Below, in pieces: positions 44,747 through 54,804 of a stretch of 64,000 bases of DNA. The notes beneath the pieces were generated by a model. That model searched no databases and was not told where the DNA came from. It worked only from the letters and a program-made list of their open reading frames with translations. Within the stretch, counting starts at the first letter, position 1. Each line of letters starts with the position of its first letter. This DNA comes from Escherichia phage JES2013. Location: sequence record KC690136. The stretch is one strand, 5' to 3'. A program made the position numbers and the translations under genes.

Positions 44747-44809
44747 AATACGTCGCTCTCTGTTAGTCTGTGCGTATATTATACACTGTAGTTTTCAGAT
44801 GTCAATCTT

Positions 44810-45061
44810 TTACAGGTTACTCCAGTATACTCGGCATTTACATTTCGGGCAATGAGGCTCTTTTATGTAATAACCATCAGTCTTTGGAACACTTTTTGGT
44901 GCAGTTTTAAGATTGTACCGAGTAAAACACCGGAAGCAGGTTACCTCTCCAACCTGTTGATCGTTTATCCACTCGCCAGAGTAAAGCTCTCTCTTGTTTC
45001 TCATAATTCTCTCCCAAATCCTCTGCAATCTTATACCAAAATCTCCAGCCAGAAAGCACAC
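44810..45061 (-). CDS. small zinc-ribbon protein
   Basis: CFRC...CPKCKC; start may be internal. Confidence 0.4.
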   Translation of the reverse strand: MCFLAGDFGIRLQRIWERIMRNKRELYSGEWINDQQVGEVTCFRCFTRYNLKTAPKSVPKTDGYYIKEPHCPKCKCRVYWSNL

Positions 45062-45254
45062 GGGAACACTTTGATGATTGAATCTTTACCTGGTTCAGCA
45101 GTTCTTTTTCCGTAGGGTAGGTAGAAATACCCTCCTGCAGATTCGAACACAGCCCCTTCGGTTGTATCTATCACAGCCAGAATTAAGATTTTAGTCTCCA
45201 TAGTGCTCCCTCTCTCAATCGTTGTGGTGACTATACCATCTCAAAAACCCGCTG

Positions 45255-45752
45255 TCAACACTTTTTGTACTCCACCACGATAATATTCATATCAAAAGTG
45301 GCAAGGTTAATAACGTCCTCTACGTGCTCCCACTTCAAACCGCCTATGCCGCACCCGATCTTAGGGATGTAGAATGGTAAAGTCGATCCACTGAATACCT
45401 CATTGACTAGCTCAAAGCCTTTCAGGATTGAGAAATATTCAGCATTAGGTCCTGGGTAGAACTGAGTATACAGATTGATTCCGTAGACAATACCTCTCGG
45501 AGATAAGTGCTCCCATCGGGAGAACGCACCCAGTTTACTTAGGCAACCGTGTCTGGTCTCTTTGTCAGCTGCCAATGCTTGAGGGAACTCACGGGCAATC
45601 TGTTTTGCTATCCCCTTGCCCATTGTGTGGAAGCAGTTACAACCGTGGATCAGGTGACCAGCACCGCTCTTAAAAAGGGAGATTAAATCTCCCTCTACAG
45701 TATCAATAATCACGGTATGCCAGCTCCTCTTCCGCAATTTCAAAAAACTCAT
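45255..45752 (-). CDS. macrodomain-like protein (TARG1/DarG-type ADP-ribose hydrolase candidate)
   Basis: HGCNCFHTMGKGIAKQIAREFP resembles the NC..MG.GIA...F motif of TARG1/DarG macrodomains; start chosen at internal ATG 45752. Confidence 0.4.
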   Translation of the reverse strand: MSFLKLRKRSWHTVIIDTVEGDLISLFKSGAGHLIHGCNCFHTMGKGIAKQIAREFPQALAADKETRHGCLSKLGAFSRWEHLSPRGIVYGINLYTQFYPGPNAEYFSILKGFELVNEVFSGSTLPFYIPKIGCGIGGLKWEHVEDVINLATFDMNIIVVEYKKC

Positions 45753-46128
45753 CCCAACCTTGTGGCATATTTGAGTTGCCGAAGTGGCTTTCATAGTAAA
45801 GGTTCTCACCACTTGGGAGATAGAAATCTGTTACCTCGTAGAATCCACAATCGTCGCACTCGCCTTCTTCAAACTTGGCCTCAACCTTAATACCGAGGAA
45901 GGTGAAAAGTTTATGAATATCTTCAGTTTCGAACTCCCAGTGAATGTTGTTTTCCGCATCGGTGTAGAACTGGATCAGCAGACCATTGTCCAGTTTACCA
46001 AAATACTCTGTGAAGTAACTTCCTTCCCAGAAATCTCTATGACAAATAATATCCATGCGTTTGCCCATAATAATGGTGTGAGCGTTTTGGGCATCGTCGC
46101 GAATCAGTTTTGGCATTTCATAGATCAT
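45703..46128 (-). CDS. hypothetical protein
   Basis: Track ORF. Confidence 0.45.
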   Translation of the reverse strand: MIYEMPKLIRDDAQNAHTIIMGKRMDIICHRDFWEGSYFTEYFGKLDNGLLIQFYTDAENNIHWEFETEDIHKLFTFLGIKVEAKFEEGECDDCGFYEVTDFYLPSGENLYYESHFGNSNMPQGWDEFFEIAEEELAYRDY

Positions 46129-46196
46129 CTTAGTTCTCCGGGTTCAACAGGTGGTGGTGCTACAGGAAGATCATAAAACATAGCTATCACAGTCTC

Positions 46197-46394
46197 TTAC
46201 ACAGGAATTGCTTCAAACAGGCCGTTATCTATACCGTCCTTCAGATAGAGATTATATTCTATATCGGTATCTGTATAAAGGGCAGCATCCAGCATTCTAT
46301 CTGTGAGTCCATCCATTGGGTGGAGAAACCACCACCCACGCCAGTCAAAGTAACAGCCTGGTGCATCTTCTCTTACACGGATTCGATAAATCAT
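46197..46394 (-). CDS. hypothetical small protein
   Basis: Track ORF. Confidence 0.4.
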   Translation of the reverse strand: MIYRIRVREDAPGCYFDWRGWWFLHPMDGLTDRMLDAALYTDTDIEYNLYLKDGIDNGLFEAIPV

Positions 46395-46490
46395 GGGCAG
46401 TGGCCTCCTGTTAGTTATACATCCCAGTTTTCTTCGTTCATCGCGTCCTCCCGTTATATGAAGTTATAATTGCACACCTTTCAACCTGTG

Positions 46491-46907
46491 TCAACAGAAA
46501 ACTTCAACAAATTCTTCCACAGTTTTAATGTCGTGGGAAAAAGGTTTACGGCTATAACGGGCAATAGCACTATCAACCACCGCCCGGTACTCCAAATCTT
46601 CAGAATATTTCATGAAGCATTGCAGCGTCTCTGGGCAGATAGCTAAATAGCTCCACCACCCCTCTTCAGATTGGTAGTCGAATCCCATACTCTCCAACCA
46701 TGAAGCATATACTCCTGCACCCTCTAGCCAGTGGGTATTTTCATCAAGAAATTTATTCACCGACATGTGTGCTTCCAGGCACTCGTCAAGCTCTTTTCCG
46801 TTAACCAGCCATGCACTGACTGTGGCGCATCCGAGGTCTACAGATTGAGTTGACAGGTTGTATTGGTCATAGTTCTCAGGTTTAACAATGATATCTTCTA
46901 ATGTCAT
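46491..46907 (-). CDS. hypothetical protein
   Basis: Track ORF. Confidence 0.45.
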   Translation of the reverse strand: MTLEDIIVKPENYDQYNLSTQSVDLGCATVSAWLVNGKELDECLEAHMSVNKFLDENTHWLEGAGVYASWLESMGFDYQSEEGWWSYLAICPETLQCFMKYSEDLEYRAVVDSAIARYSRKPFSHDIKTVEEFVEVFC

Positions 46908-46969
46908 TTTTCAGATCTCCTTATACAAAAATGCCCCACCCTTTCGGGCAGGGCTATGTCAGTTAGGTG

Positions 46970-47593
46970 CTAAAAGTATTCATAGAGGTATCCATCGGGA
47001 GCTGGAATTTTTTCATGAATGTAGTAATCAACACATATTCCGGTTTCTCTTCTACAAGAATTGTGGGATACCCATTCTTTAAGAACGTTGCCATTCATGT
47101 CCAGCCTCCTTACATTTTTACACCGTCTACCGCTGGTGCTTCTATGCAACAGAATATCCTCCGTCTGCTTGTCTTTATTTTCTCCCCAGGTCGTTAAACG
47201 GATATTATCAAAAGAGTACCCTTTGAAATCATCTATCCTGTCACAAGAAGGCTTTTTCCTTTTGTCGTATCCGCTGGCTACCCACTGGTCATACAACTCT
47301 TTGTAACCGTTCAGGTATAGCCACTCCTTAAACTCTTTTTTGGTGTAAGTCGGAGGAGGGTGACCTCTTTGCTTGCTGTTGCACTTTTGAGCCTTGTACA
47401 ACACGCGTATTACACCTTTTTCTGAAGAGTCGTGGGAAAACTGGTCAGCCTCCCTACTGGCCTTCTTACAACACTCTTTGCACTTATTAAGATGACCGTC
47501 AGACATCTTTGGGTGTTTGTAGAACTCGGAGAGGTTTTTCACCTCTCCGCACTTGATGCATCTCTTACAATGCGTAGATTCTACTTTTGCCAT
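46970..47593 (-). CDS. HNH-like endonuclease with N-terminal zinc finger (degenerate DRID motif)
   Basis: CKRCIKCG...KCKEC; [23 protein letters not shown] resembles HNH_3 DHID...N.RL.T..EN. Confidence 0.4.
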   Translation of the reverse strand: MAKVESTHCKRCIKCGEVKNLSEFYKHPKMSDGHLNKCKECCKKASREADQFSHDSSEKGVIRVLYKAQKCNSKQRGHPPPTYTKKEFKEWLYLNGYKELYDQWVASGYDKRKKPSCDRIDDFKGYSFDNIRLTTWGENKDKQTEDILLHRSTSGRRCKNVRRLDMNGNVLKEWVSHNSCRRETGICVDYYIHEKIPAPDGYLYEYF

Positions 47594-48836
47594 ATTGCAG
47601 ACCTACCGGAGCGAAAGGAATGTCATCACAGAAGTCATACTGTGCTGGATTCTGATCCATCGGGTCATCTTCCTCATCATTTACAGGAGGAGCGTCTACA
47701 GTGTTTTGCTGTGGAGCTGTTTCCTGTTTGGCAGCCTGAGGTTCTTGATGGTCAGTTGACCCAGCACCGTTCTTGATCCAATCGTACAACGGCTCAGCCA
47801 GATTAGTCAAGACATCTTTTGCTTCTGCAGTAATTGCCGCTGCAAAATCATCAACTTTCGTTTTCTTGTCAATACGGCGACAAGCGTTCAACACCGCATT
47901 ACCGACACTGGCACCTACTTCATCTTCAGTTCGGTTGGTGGCTTGAGCATACTCTTTCTTAAGCTCAATGGTGACTACGTGCAGTGTTTTAGCCACGCCC
48001 AGTGGGTCGTCTACCTTAAACCCGCGATCCAGGATGATCTGCAACGCATTGATGCTATGCCCCGTTTCCACACCGATAGGGTCGTAAGAGGATTTACGCT
48101 TGCCACCAGAGCCTTGAGTGCCGTTCTCTGCCTTAGGAGGATAGGCCTTGAAACCACTGATAATGTTTCCGGTGTCTTTGTCAACAATGGCTGCAACACG
48201 ACCACCTACCACCAGGTCTTTAAGCTGCTCATCAGTTACAACCATAGCACCTTCGCCAATCTTGTGGTCATTAACAGTAACCACGTTGCCAACAATCTGA
48301 GTCACATCACCATAGATGCGTAAAACGTCCTGATTGGCATTCTGCTGAGGTTTCTGCTTCTGGCCTTGTGATTGTGCACCTTGTTGCTGTTTTTGCTGCT
48401 GAGTCGCTGCTGGAGCCTCTCCTGCACCCAGCTTAACCATCTTAGCCAGTGAGCCCTTGTAATAGGTCTTACCGTTATGCTCGTTTGCCTTCAAAGGGAT
48501 ATTTACGATCCATCCTGGCGTTACGGTTTCCCACTTGTCATCAATCTTAACAGAGACAGAGTCTTGATGACCTGGTTTAAGCAGCTTATCACCCATGCTG
48601 ATCCAGACTTCTTCACCACCTTGAAGCAGGTTATCAGAGGAATCCAGTTCAGAAATCAGTAAAGAGATGGTGTGGCTGGATTCAATTTTCTTACCTTGCC
48701 ACACAGTGGTTTTAATACCTGTTGTAGGATCAGCACCTTTGATAGGCTTGATGCTAACACGTTTAATCATGCCGTGAGCCAGTAAAACAGTTTCACGCGG
48801 ATTCATTGGGTTAGCGAATTGTTGAATAACGCTCAT
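47565..48836 (-). CDS. putative ssDNA-binding protein (SSB-like DDIPF motif, Gln-rich linker)
   Basis: YDFCDDIPF near C-terminus resembles SSB acidic tail; long Q-rich segment. Confidence 0.3.
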   Translation of the reverse strand: MSVIQQFANPMNPRETVLLAHGMIKRVSIKPIKGADPTTGIKTTVWQGKKIESSHTISLLISELDSSDNLLQGGEEVWISMGDKLLKPGHQDSVSVKIDDKWETVTPGWIVNIPLKANEHNGKTYYKGSLAKMVKLGAGEAPAATQQQKQQQGAQSQGQKQKPQQNANQDVLRIYGDVTQIVGNVVTVNDHKIGEGAMVVTDEQLKDLVVGGRVAAIVDKDTGNIISGFKAYPPKAENGTQGSGGKRKSSYDPIGVETGHSINALQIILDRGFKVDDPLGVAKTLHVVTIELKKEYAQATNRTEDEVGASVGNAVLNACRRIDKKTKVDDFAAAITAEAKDVLTNLAEPLYDWIKNGAGSTDHQEPQAAKQETAPQQNTVDAPPVNDEEDDPMDQNPAQYDFCDDIPFAPVGLQYGKSRIYAL

Positions 48837-49201
48837 TATTTGTCTCCTTGTTCTTCGTTAGTGCTTGCCGTGTGTGCGAACCCTGCTTGAATTAATTTGT
48901 CCTGAACTTGAGCCAACAGGCCCATTGCAAAACTTGTGGTCCCAGAGAGGGCCATCAGCATATCCCGTTGTTGAGCTACCCAACCTAAGGCATAGTCCAA
49001 ACGACGATATTTTTCTTCTTCACGCAAAGCTTGGAATAATTGTTCAGCCTCTGGCTGTTGTGTGAGCTCCTGAAGTCTTCCCATGAAAGAAGAAAGCACT
49101 AGCAAAAGAGACACTTGATCTTTACTTAACCCTAAGAAAAATTCTTGAGGTTGTTCTTGCTCGTTCATCGCAACCGACTCTTGATCGTTCATTTGTTCCA
49201 T
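48836..49201 (-). CDS. hypothetical protein
   Basis: Track ORF, coupled to upstream gene. Confidence 0.45.
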   Translation of the reverse strand: MEQMNDQESVAMNEQEQPQEFFLGLSKDQVSLLLVLSSFMGRLQELTQQPEAEQLFQALREEEKYRRLDYALGWVAQQRDMLMALSGTTSFAMGLLAQVQDKLIQAGFAHTASTNEEQGDK

Positions 49202-49284
49202 TATGGAATCTCCGATTTTATTTGAACAACATAGAAGGAGACACTATTTTAGCATCCCCTTCTGTAAATTACAATAGGTATTTG

Positions 49285-49530
49285 TTAGCCAATCACTTCG
49301 AAAGTTCCCCAATTCCCGTCCAGCAGGCAGGTGATCGGATCCCCATCGTCGTCAAAGATTTCAAAGTTTTCAGCATCCAGGATGTGGCCCTCGAACACAA
49401 TACTTTCGTCGCCACCACCAGAGATAACAGCGTATTCCTTACCTTGAGTCAAGTTTTGACACCCTTTGCCACCAAAACCTACTTCAACACAACGTACTTT
49501 CTGTCCTGCGCGAGCAACTACTTCAGTCAT
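49285..49530 (-). CDS. hypothetical small protein
   Basis: Track ORF. Confidence 0.45.
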   Translation of the reverse strand: MTEVVARAGQKVRCVEVGFGGKGCQNLTQGKEYAVISGGGDESIVFEGHILDAENFEIFDDDGDPITCLLDGNWGTFEVIG

Positions 49531-49547
49531 CTTAAGGTCTCCTGATA

Positions 49548-49868
49548 TTAATCGTCAAGTTCAAAATAGATTTTAACAGCTTCATCGAAGATTGGAATCC
49601 CGATGTTGTTGATAAGCTGCCAAACTACCATATCTTTACCTGGATCTGGGAGAATGTCAACCTTTCTCCATGCGCTGTATACCCAGTTCGGACCGCCTTC
49701 TGCACTAACTGGCAGATTTTCACCAGCCTCCTGTAGATACTTATACAGCAAAAGATATTCTGGATACTCCAGAACACTGTCCTCTGTAGTATATAGCAGT
49801 TCACGGTATACTTTTAAGAACCCTGCTGGGGTGATGTTTTCAGTCTTCATTTGCTGCTTCTCCTGCAT
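49548..49868 (-). CDS. hypothetical protein
   Basis: Track ORF. Confidence 0.45.
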   Translation of the reverse strand: MQEKQQMKTENITPAGFLKVYRELLYTTEDSVLEYPEYLLLYKYLQEAGENLPVSAEGGPNWVYSAWRKVDILPDPGKDMVVWQLINNIGIPIFDEAVKIYFELDD

Positions 49869-50229
49869 TCATCAGATCTGCCATAGCGTCACCCACGAAG
49901 AGAACAACCACATCGTTTACCGCGTCAGCATCATCTTTGTTGACGTTGCTGAATTTAGGACACACAGCAATAATCATATAGACACCGTTACCCACCTGAA
50001 CTGTCCGTGTGGTGCACATCATGGCGGTATTTGTGCCTTCTTTGAAGGCGAAGCCTTGAAGACGCTCCTCTAGAGTGTTACCGGTAGACTTCAGAAGCGC
50101 CAGCTCGTCCAAGGCATAGATGATATCTCCGGAAGTTAGTGTTGCCTTGCCATCAGACACCATAATCACTTCATCAGCACCGTCAAGCTTAGAGGCTTCA
50201 AAGATATCAATATCCCAAATATTTTTCAT
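49840..50229 (-). CDS. hypothetical protein
   Basis: Track ORF. Confidence 0.45.
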   Translation of the reverse strand: MKNIWDIDIFEASKLDGADEVIMVSDGKATLTSGDIIYALDELALLKSTGNTLEERLQGFAFKEGTNTAMMCTTRTVQVGNGVYMIIAVCPKFSNVNKDDADAVNDVVVLFVGDAMADLMNAGEAANED

Positions 50230-50561
50230 TACGCTTCCTCGTCGTCTAAGTAATCATCAAGAGAGGTGAAGATTTCACCGAAGTATTCTAAGATTTCTAG
50301 CTCACGTGTGGTGCAGCAAACATAATCGCCTTGGTCGTCCTTAATAGTGGCCTCTTTACCCAGAATATCTACTTCAAGTTCATCGTTCAACAGGACGGCC
50401 CCTGTGTAAACTTTGTCAGCTGTGCAGTCCCGAAAAGCAGAGTCCTTCTCCAGATAGTCTGGCTTAACCTTGGCTTTAATTCGTTGGTATTGTTTGGTCA
50501 TTGTTGTGGTCCCCTTTCGTTTTGATAGGACCATTGTATTAGGTCCTATCGCTGTTGTCAA
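50229..50561 (-). CDS. hypothetical protein (paralog of 50565-50819)
   Basis: KPDYLEKDSAFRDCTADKVY / IKDDQGDYVCCT vs KPECVANDRAFKDCTVGAIY / FKDDEGDSVWCT. Confidence 0.5.
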   Translation of the reverse strand: MTTAIGPNTMVLSKRKGTTTMTKQYQRIKAKVKPDYLEKDSAFRDCTADKVYTGAVLLNDELEVDILGKEATIKDDQGDYVCCTTRELEILEYFGEIFTSLDDYLDDEEA

Positions 50562-50564
50562 GTA

Positions 50565-50819
50565 TTAATGTTCAGGTTTTACAAAAACGACTTCATTAAC
50601 AGTGCACCAGACAGAGTCTCCTTCATCATCTTTAAAGGTAAGGCACTGTGCTGAGTTTTCCAGCTCATCGATCTCTTCTTGTGATAAAGGGGCCCCTTCT
50701 TCCAGAAGGGCTTTTACCAGAGGGTTCTCACAAAACTCTGCTTCATAAATTGCACCGACTGTGCAATCTTTAAAAGCTCGGTCATTTGCAACGCATTCTG
50801 GCTTCAAAGTAATTTTCAT
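50565..50819 (-). CDS. hypothetical protein (paralog of 50229-50561)
   Basis: See paralog. Confidence 0.5.
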   Translation of the reverse strand: MKITLKPECVANDRAFKDCTVGAIYEAEFCENPLVKALLEEGAPLSQEEIDELENSAQCLTFKDDEGDSVWCTVNEVVFVKPEH

Positions 50820-50895
50820 CTTGGCAGTCTCCTTAGTTATTTAAAAATCACCGATCTGTTTGTGTGAAGCATCTTATATCTAATCTTACTTCTTG

Positions 50896-51294
50896 TCAAT
50901 GGCTATTTTCAATCAGCCACACAGGGTCGAGGTAAATTTGTTGGCGTGTTGCCCAATGACAAACTTCATTGTACATCTGAATCTCTTTGTCCGTCAGTTC
51001 ACGAATAGGCTCATCTATACCCTCATTTTTGTGGTAATCCCAGTCGGCATCGATTTCCCACAGCCATGACTTGTTGTCACCACGCTTACGCACACAGAAG
51101 TCACCGGGACGGCCTGCCAATGCATTTAAGAACTCGTTCTCCGCTCGCTCTTGGAGAATACTAAGGAGCAAAACGTTAGAACATGACCGTAGAATATGCT
51201 TCAGCTCACAATCATCAATCTCAACTTCAATACGTTGTTTGACTGTGTGGGTACCTTTTACTAACATCCTACCTCCTCTAAACGAACTCTGCAA
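50896..51294 (-). CDS. hypothetical protein
   Basis: Track ORF. Confidence 0.45.
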   Translation of the reverse strand: MQSSFRGGRMLVKGTHTVKQRIEVEIDDCELKHILRSCSNVLLLSILQERAENEFLNALAGRPGDFCVRKRGDNKSWLWEIDADWDYHKNEGIDEPIRELTDKEIQMYNEVCHWATRQQIYLDPVWLIENSH

Positions 51295-51472
51295 GGGTTG
51301 TGTTGTTCACTGCACCGCAGTAAATGGAGTATCCCAGCCCATTAGAGTGCAGAAACCACGGCGTGCCGAAATTATCTTTCACGTAGACATCACCGTTGCT
51401 TGTAAAGGGCCAATATTCTTCACCAAGGGTGAAATACCTACTCATACCCTCAGCCAGATACTTTACTTTCAT
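51278..51472 (-). CDS. small protein, KDxxG..WF family
   Basis: KDNFGTPWFLHSNGLGYSIYCG...LAEFV; paralogous to next two genes. Confidence 0.45.
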   Translation of the reverse strand: MKVKYLAEGMSRYFTLGEEYWPFTSNGDVYVKDNFGTPWFLHSNGLGYSIYCGAVNNTTLAEFV

Positions 51473-51696
51473 AGGCCCTCTTCAACAGCTACAAACTTGG
51501 CAAGCAGGGTGGTTCCGTAGATATGATACTCACCGTTTGCCAGATGGGAGATAAACCAGGCAATCCCTTCCTCGTCTTTAATCATCTTGTTTGCACGATT
51601 TTTATCGTAATAAACCTCGTAGGTCTTTCCTTCTTTAAAGAATGACAGGTCTGTCATCTTTTCTTCTACAAAAGTAGCTTTAACCAAAGTTGTCAT
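51469..51696 (-). CDS. small protein, KDxxG..WF family
   Basis: KDEEGIAWFISHLANGEYHIYG...LAKFV. Confidence 0.45.
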   Translation of the reverse strand: MTTLVKATFVEEKMTDLSFFKEGKTYEVYYDKNRANKMIKDEEGIAWFISHLANGEYHIYGTTLLAKFVAVEEGL

Positions 51697-52067
51697 TGAT
51701 CGGTCTCCTTCTTGTTAAGTCTGAATACTGCAATAATAGCATTCCCAAGGTGCAGTGTCAAATCATTTCCAAGATACCACAACATTCCACGGTCATCTTT
51801 AATGAAAGGGTAACAATCTGGTGCCTTCCAGACATTGTACACTTTCCCAACCTGAAAGAAATCAGGCCCTGTTGGGATTTTGGTGCCAGGCCACACTTGG
51901 GATACCTGAACACACTCCACCTGCATAATAACAGGAATAGTCATGGATGTAAATGTTTTTGTTGGTTCTACTACCATAAAAGTCTCCTCTTTGCTTAACA
52001 GCACCTCCCTGTGCTGATAGTTTACATTAGTGACAATCACCCCAGTTACGACCACACAAGTATTCAC
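51693..52067 (-). CDS. small protein, KDxxG..WF family
   Basis: KDDRGMLWYLGNDLTLHLG. Confidence 0.4.
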   Translation of the reverse strand: MNTCVVVTGVIVTNVNYQHREVLLSKEETFMVVEPTKTFTSMTIPVIMQVECVQVSQVWPGTKIPTGPDFFQVGKVYNVWKAPDCYPFIKDDRGMLWYLGNDLTLHLGNAIIAVFRLNKKETDQ

Positions 52068-54804
52068 CTGTGATCTGGAACGGGACTCCCATCATTTTAG
52101 AAGCTTGCCAGAAGCAATGTACCACCATCTCGCCCACAGGGCTCCAGATAAGTTCAAGCTTTCCGTCATCGTTCAGGATAGGATCGTACACCGTGTTTCC
52201 GTCTCTGTCAACCACTTCGTTTCCGTTTTCATCCTTGCGTGCCTTTTTGTACTTATGACCGTCGAACACATGAAGTTTGGCCTCCTGCTCTGCCTTAAAT
52301 GCTTCCAATTCTTCAATTGTGTCGAAGGTGTACACAGTCTTATACTTCGGTGTGTCAGGTACTTGAAGCTGATATTCGTCATGGTAATAGATAATACGAC
52401 GAACACCTTCATCGTACCACCCACGCTTCACCATTTGGTGGTGCATAAGTATCCCAACTAAGTCACACAGCGATGCACCACCATTCTGTTGGTATGCATT
52501 AAGTAAAGAGTGTTTAGATCGGGTCCAGATGGCATGACCATCAAAAGAGTAGATAAACTTCTTACCCGTTGCTTCCCAGAATTTCTCCAGATCCTCTTTA
52601 CGCCCCTTAAGACCAGGGTTGGCATCCCAAAGTGCATCGATCACCCTTTGTCCCAACTCTGGAGAGATGTCCAGCATATCTGCAACTTTATCTTTTTGTG
52701 CCCCGTACATAACCCCATACGTGATAGGTTTACCGTCGTTACGAGACACCTCTCTGCCTGCTACTTTTGTATATGCCTCAGCATTGTTTTGGTGTGCGTC
52801 CCCGTTACTTACAACATCATAATACAAGCCGTTGTCGAACTCAAAGGCACCCCAAGCCCCGATAAGCTGCTCTAAGTTGGACCCGTCAATACCGATCTCA
52901 AAGTATCCTGGAGGAACACCCCACAAGCTACGCATCTCTTTACCCATAACCACTTTAGGAGAGGGTTTAGGCATGTTTGCACAAATACTGTGTTTCTGTC
53001 TGGAAGTGTTTGTTAATCCAGAGCTTTTAGCAGGAAGCTTATGGTCAATCTTCAAACGTGGGTGATTAAGAAGACCAGTGTCAACCTTATCCTCCTTGAT
53101 TGGATCAAGTACCGATCTGCGGTTTCGCAATGATAACCATAAGACGATATCTTTAGCCATCTCTCCGTTCAATTTTTCAAGATTCGGACACAGGTGTCCA
53201 AACGTATCTTTCAGTTGCGGAGAAGTAATAAGTGCCCTAGCTTTTCTACGTATTTTCCCGAATACTTCCTTTTTAATCCTTTCGGAGTTAGGAAAGCTTC
53301 GGAACTTGTGCACGGTTGTCTGGAACTTAGCATCAGTTTTGTTCCAGAAGTTGATAATTAGGTCACAATACTCTGACTCTAAAAGCTCGTCCATATATGC
53401 ATATACTCGTGCATCAACATCTGCATCAGGTAGAGCTTTCTTCTTGCTGTCTTTAGTTACATCCTTAGTTCTCCACATTGTCGGAAGCCAACCAGCACTG
53501 ATCAGGTATCGCTTAATGTCGTCCTGATTGCTGATTTTCATAGGTATCTTGCAGTCCGGCATTCGCTTCTGCTGTAGATCACTTATTGCCTGATCCATTA
53601 GCTCTTTAGGTAAAGGTTGTGGTGTGGAGGTGCCCTTAATATAACCTCTCAAGAAATCAGCCATCTTGTCGGGGTCTTTGCAGCCCATCTCTTCGCACCA
53701 TTTTATCCCCATCTTGCTGACATCTCCTGTGGAGGTAAATGCTCGCTTAGGCGGGGCTTTGAACTCTAAAGCGCTCATGTCTACAGGATAGCCAAGCTTA
53801 TCTTTTAACCATTTCCAACCATTATTGGAGATTGTCCCATCTTGGTTAAACGGCTTTTCAGGGAACTTGGGCCGCTGAGACATTGACAGCTCTTTTAAAG
53901 GTAGTTGTGGTTCAACACGATCAGCTATTTCTTTCATCCACGCATCACAACGGTCACGTAAAGCAATAGCTCCATCTATGTCAAAATACACACCCTGACG
54001 GGCCTGCAGCTCCATCAGGAAGTGCTGCAGCATGCCTCGGCGTAGTGCGTTCTTCCAGGTGATCTTCTTGAACCCTTTCGGCTTCTCTTTGGCAGGATCG
54101 TACATAAAGTTCTGCATGTCAGATTTGCCGTAGAATACACCTTTTGATTCCGCTACCAGCTCTTTCCAGAGCAGCTCCTGGATGATAACGTCCTCGAATA
54201 CACGATCCACATACTTCCACAATGGAAGATCGCGCCAGTCATCAATTTGAACTTTCTGGTTACCAAGGGCGTAGCCCCATGCCATAAGGCCGTGAGGACC
54301 AACAGGCTGCATTTTCTTAGTAACCGGGTTGAATACAGAGTCCGGACAACCTTTTGGTAAAGGGCGATCAGGCCACAAGATTCGGCTCATCGCCAACGTA
54401 TCAAACAGATTAACCTGGTGGTCGTTGATAGTCCCCATGCATTTAGGATCACGGAACATATCAAAATGAATACCGGATAATCTTTCCATCAGCATAAAGT
54501 CATAACTGTAGCAGTTATGGCAGTTCAAAGCTGTTGGTGACCAGTCGGAATTTCCTGTAAGCCAACCTTCCAACTCCGAAAAATCTGCTATGCGAACTTC
54601 AAAATCTTTATAAAGAGTTTTCTTTGCCAGAATAAAGTTCTTAGCCTTCTCTATATCCTCCTCGGAGTAGTGTGTGCGGTCATTTAGAGGAAGGAACAGC
54701 ATAAAACGGTTCTTATTCAGCTCTTTAAACAGGCCGCAATGATAATAAAGATCTGGGTCTTCCAAGAGCCCGGAGGCCTCCAGATCGAAGCACCAATTAC
54801 TCAT
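52027..54804 (-). CDS. DNA polymerase, family A, with 3'-5' exonuclease domain
   Basis: N-terminal FDLEASG (Exo I); motif B R..GK...YG..YG (RNDGKPITYGVMYG); motif C YYHDE; 925 aa. Confidence 0.85.
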   Translation of the reverse strand: MSNWCFDLEASGLLEDPDLYYHCGLFKELNKNRFMLFLPLNDRTHYSEEDIEKAKNFILAKKTLYKDFEVRIADFSELEGWLTGNSDWSPTALNCHNCYSYDFMLMERLSGIHFDMFRDPKCMGTINDHQVNLFDTLAMSRILWPDRPLPKGCPDSVFNPVTKKMQPVGPHGLMAWGYALGNQKVQIDDWRDLPLWKYVDRVFEDVIIQELLWKELVAESKGVFYGKSDMQNFMYDPAKEKPKGFKKITWKNALRRGMLQHFLMELQARQGVYFDIDGAIALRDRCDAWMKEIADRVEPQLPLKELSMSQRPKFPEKPFNQDGTISNNGWKWLKDKLGYPVDMSALEFKAPPKRAFTSTGDVSKMGIKWCEEMGCKDPDKMADFLRGYIKGTSTPQPLPKELMDQAISDLQQKRMPDCKIPMKISNQDDIKRYLISAGWLPTMWRTKDVTKDSKKKALPDADVDARVYAYMDELLESEYCDLIINFWNKTDAKFQTTVHKFRSFPNSERIKKEVFGKIRRKARALITSPQLKDTFGHLCPNLEKLNGEMAKDIVLWLSLRNRRSVLDPIKEDKVDTGLLNHPRLKIDHKLPAKSSGLTNTSRQKHSICANMPKPSPKVVMGKEMRSLWGVPPGYFEIGIDGSNLEQLIGAWGAFEFDNGLYYDVVSNGDAHQNNAEAYTKVAGREVSRNDGKPITYGVMYGAQKDKVADMLDISPELGQRVIDALWDANPGLKGRKEDLEKFWEATGKKFIYSFDGHAIWTRSKHSLLNAYQQNGGASLCDLVGILMHHQMVKRGWYDEGVRRIIYYHDEYQLQVPDTPKYKTVYTFDTIEELEAFKAEQEAKLHVFDGHKYKKARKDENGNEVVDRDGNTVYDPILNDDGKLELIWSPVGEMVVHCFWQASKMMGVPFQITGEYLCGRNWGDCH

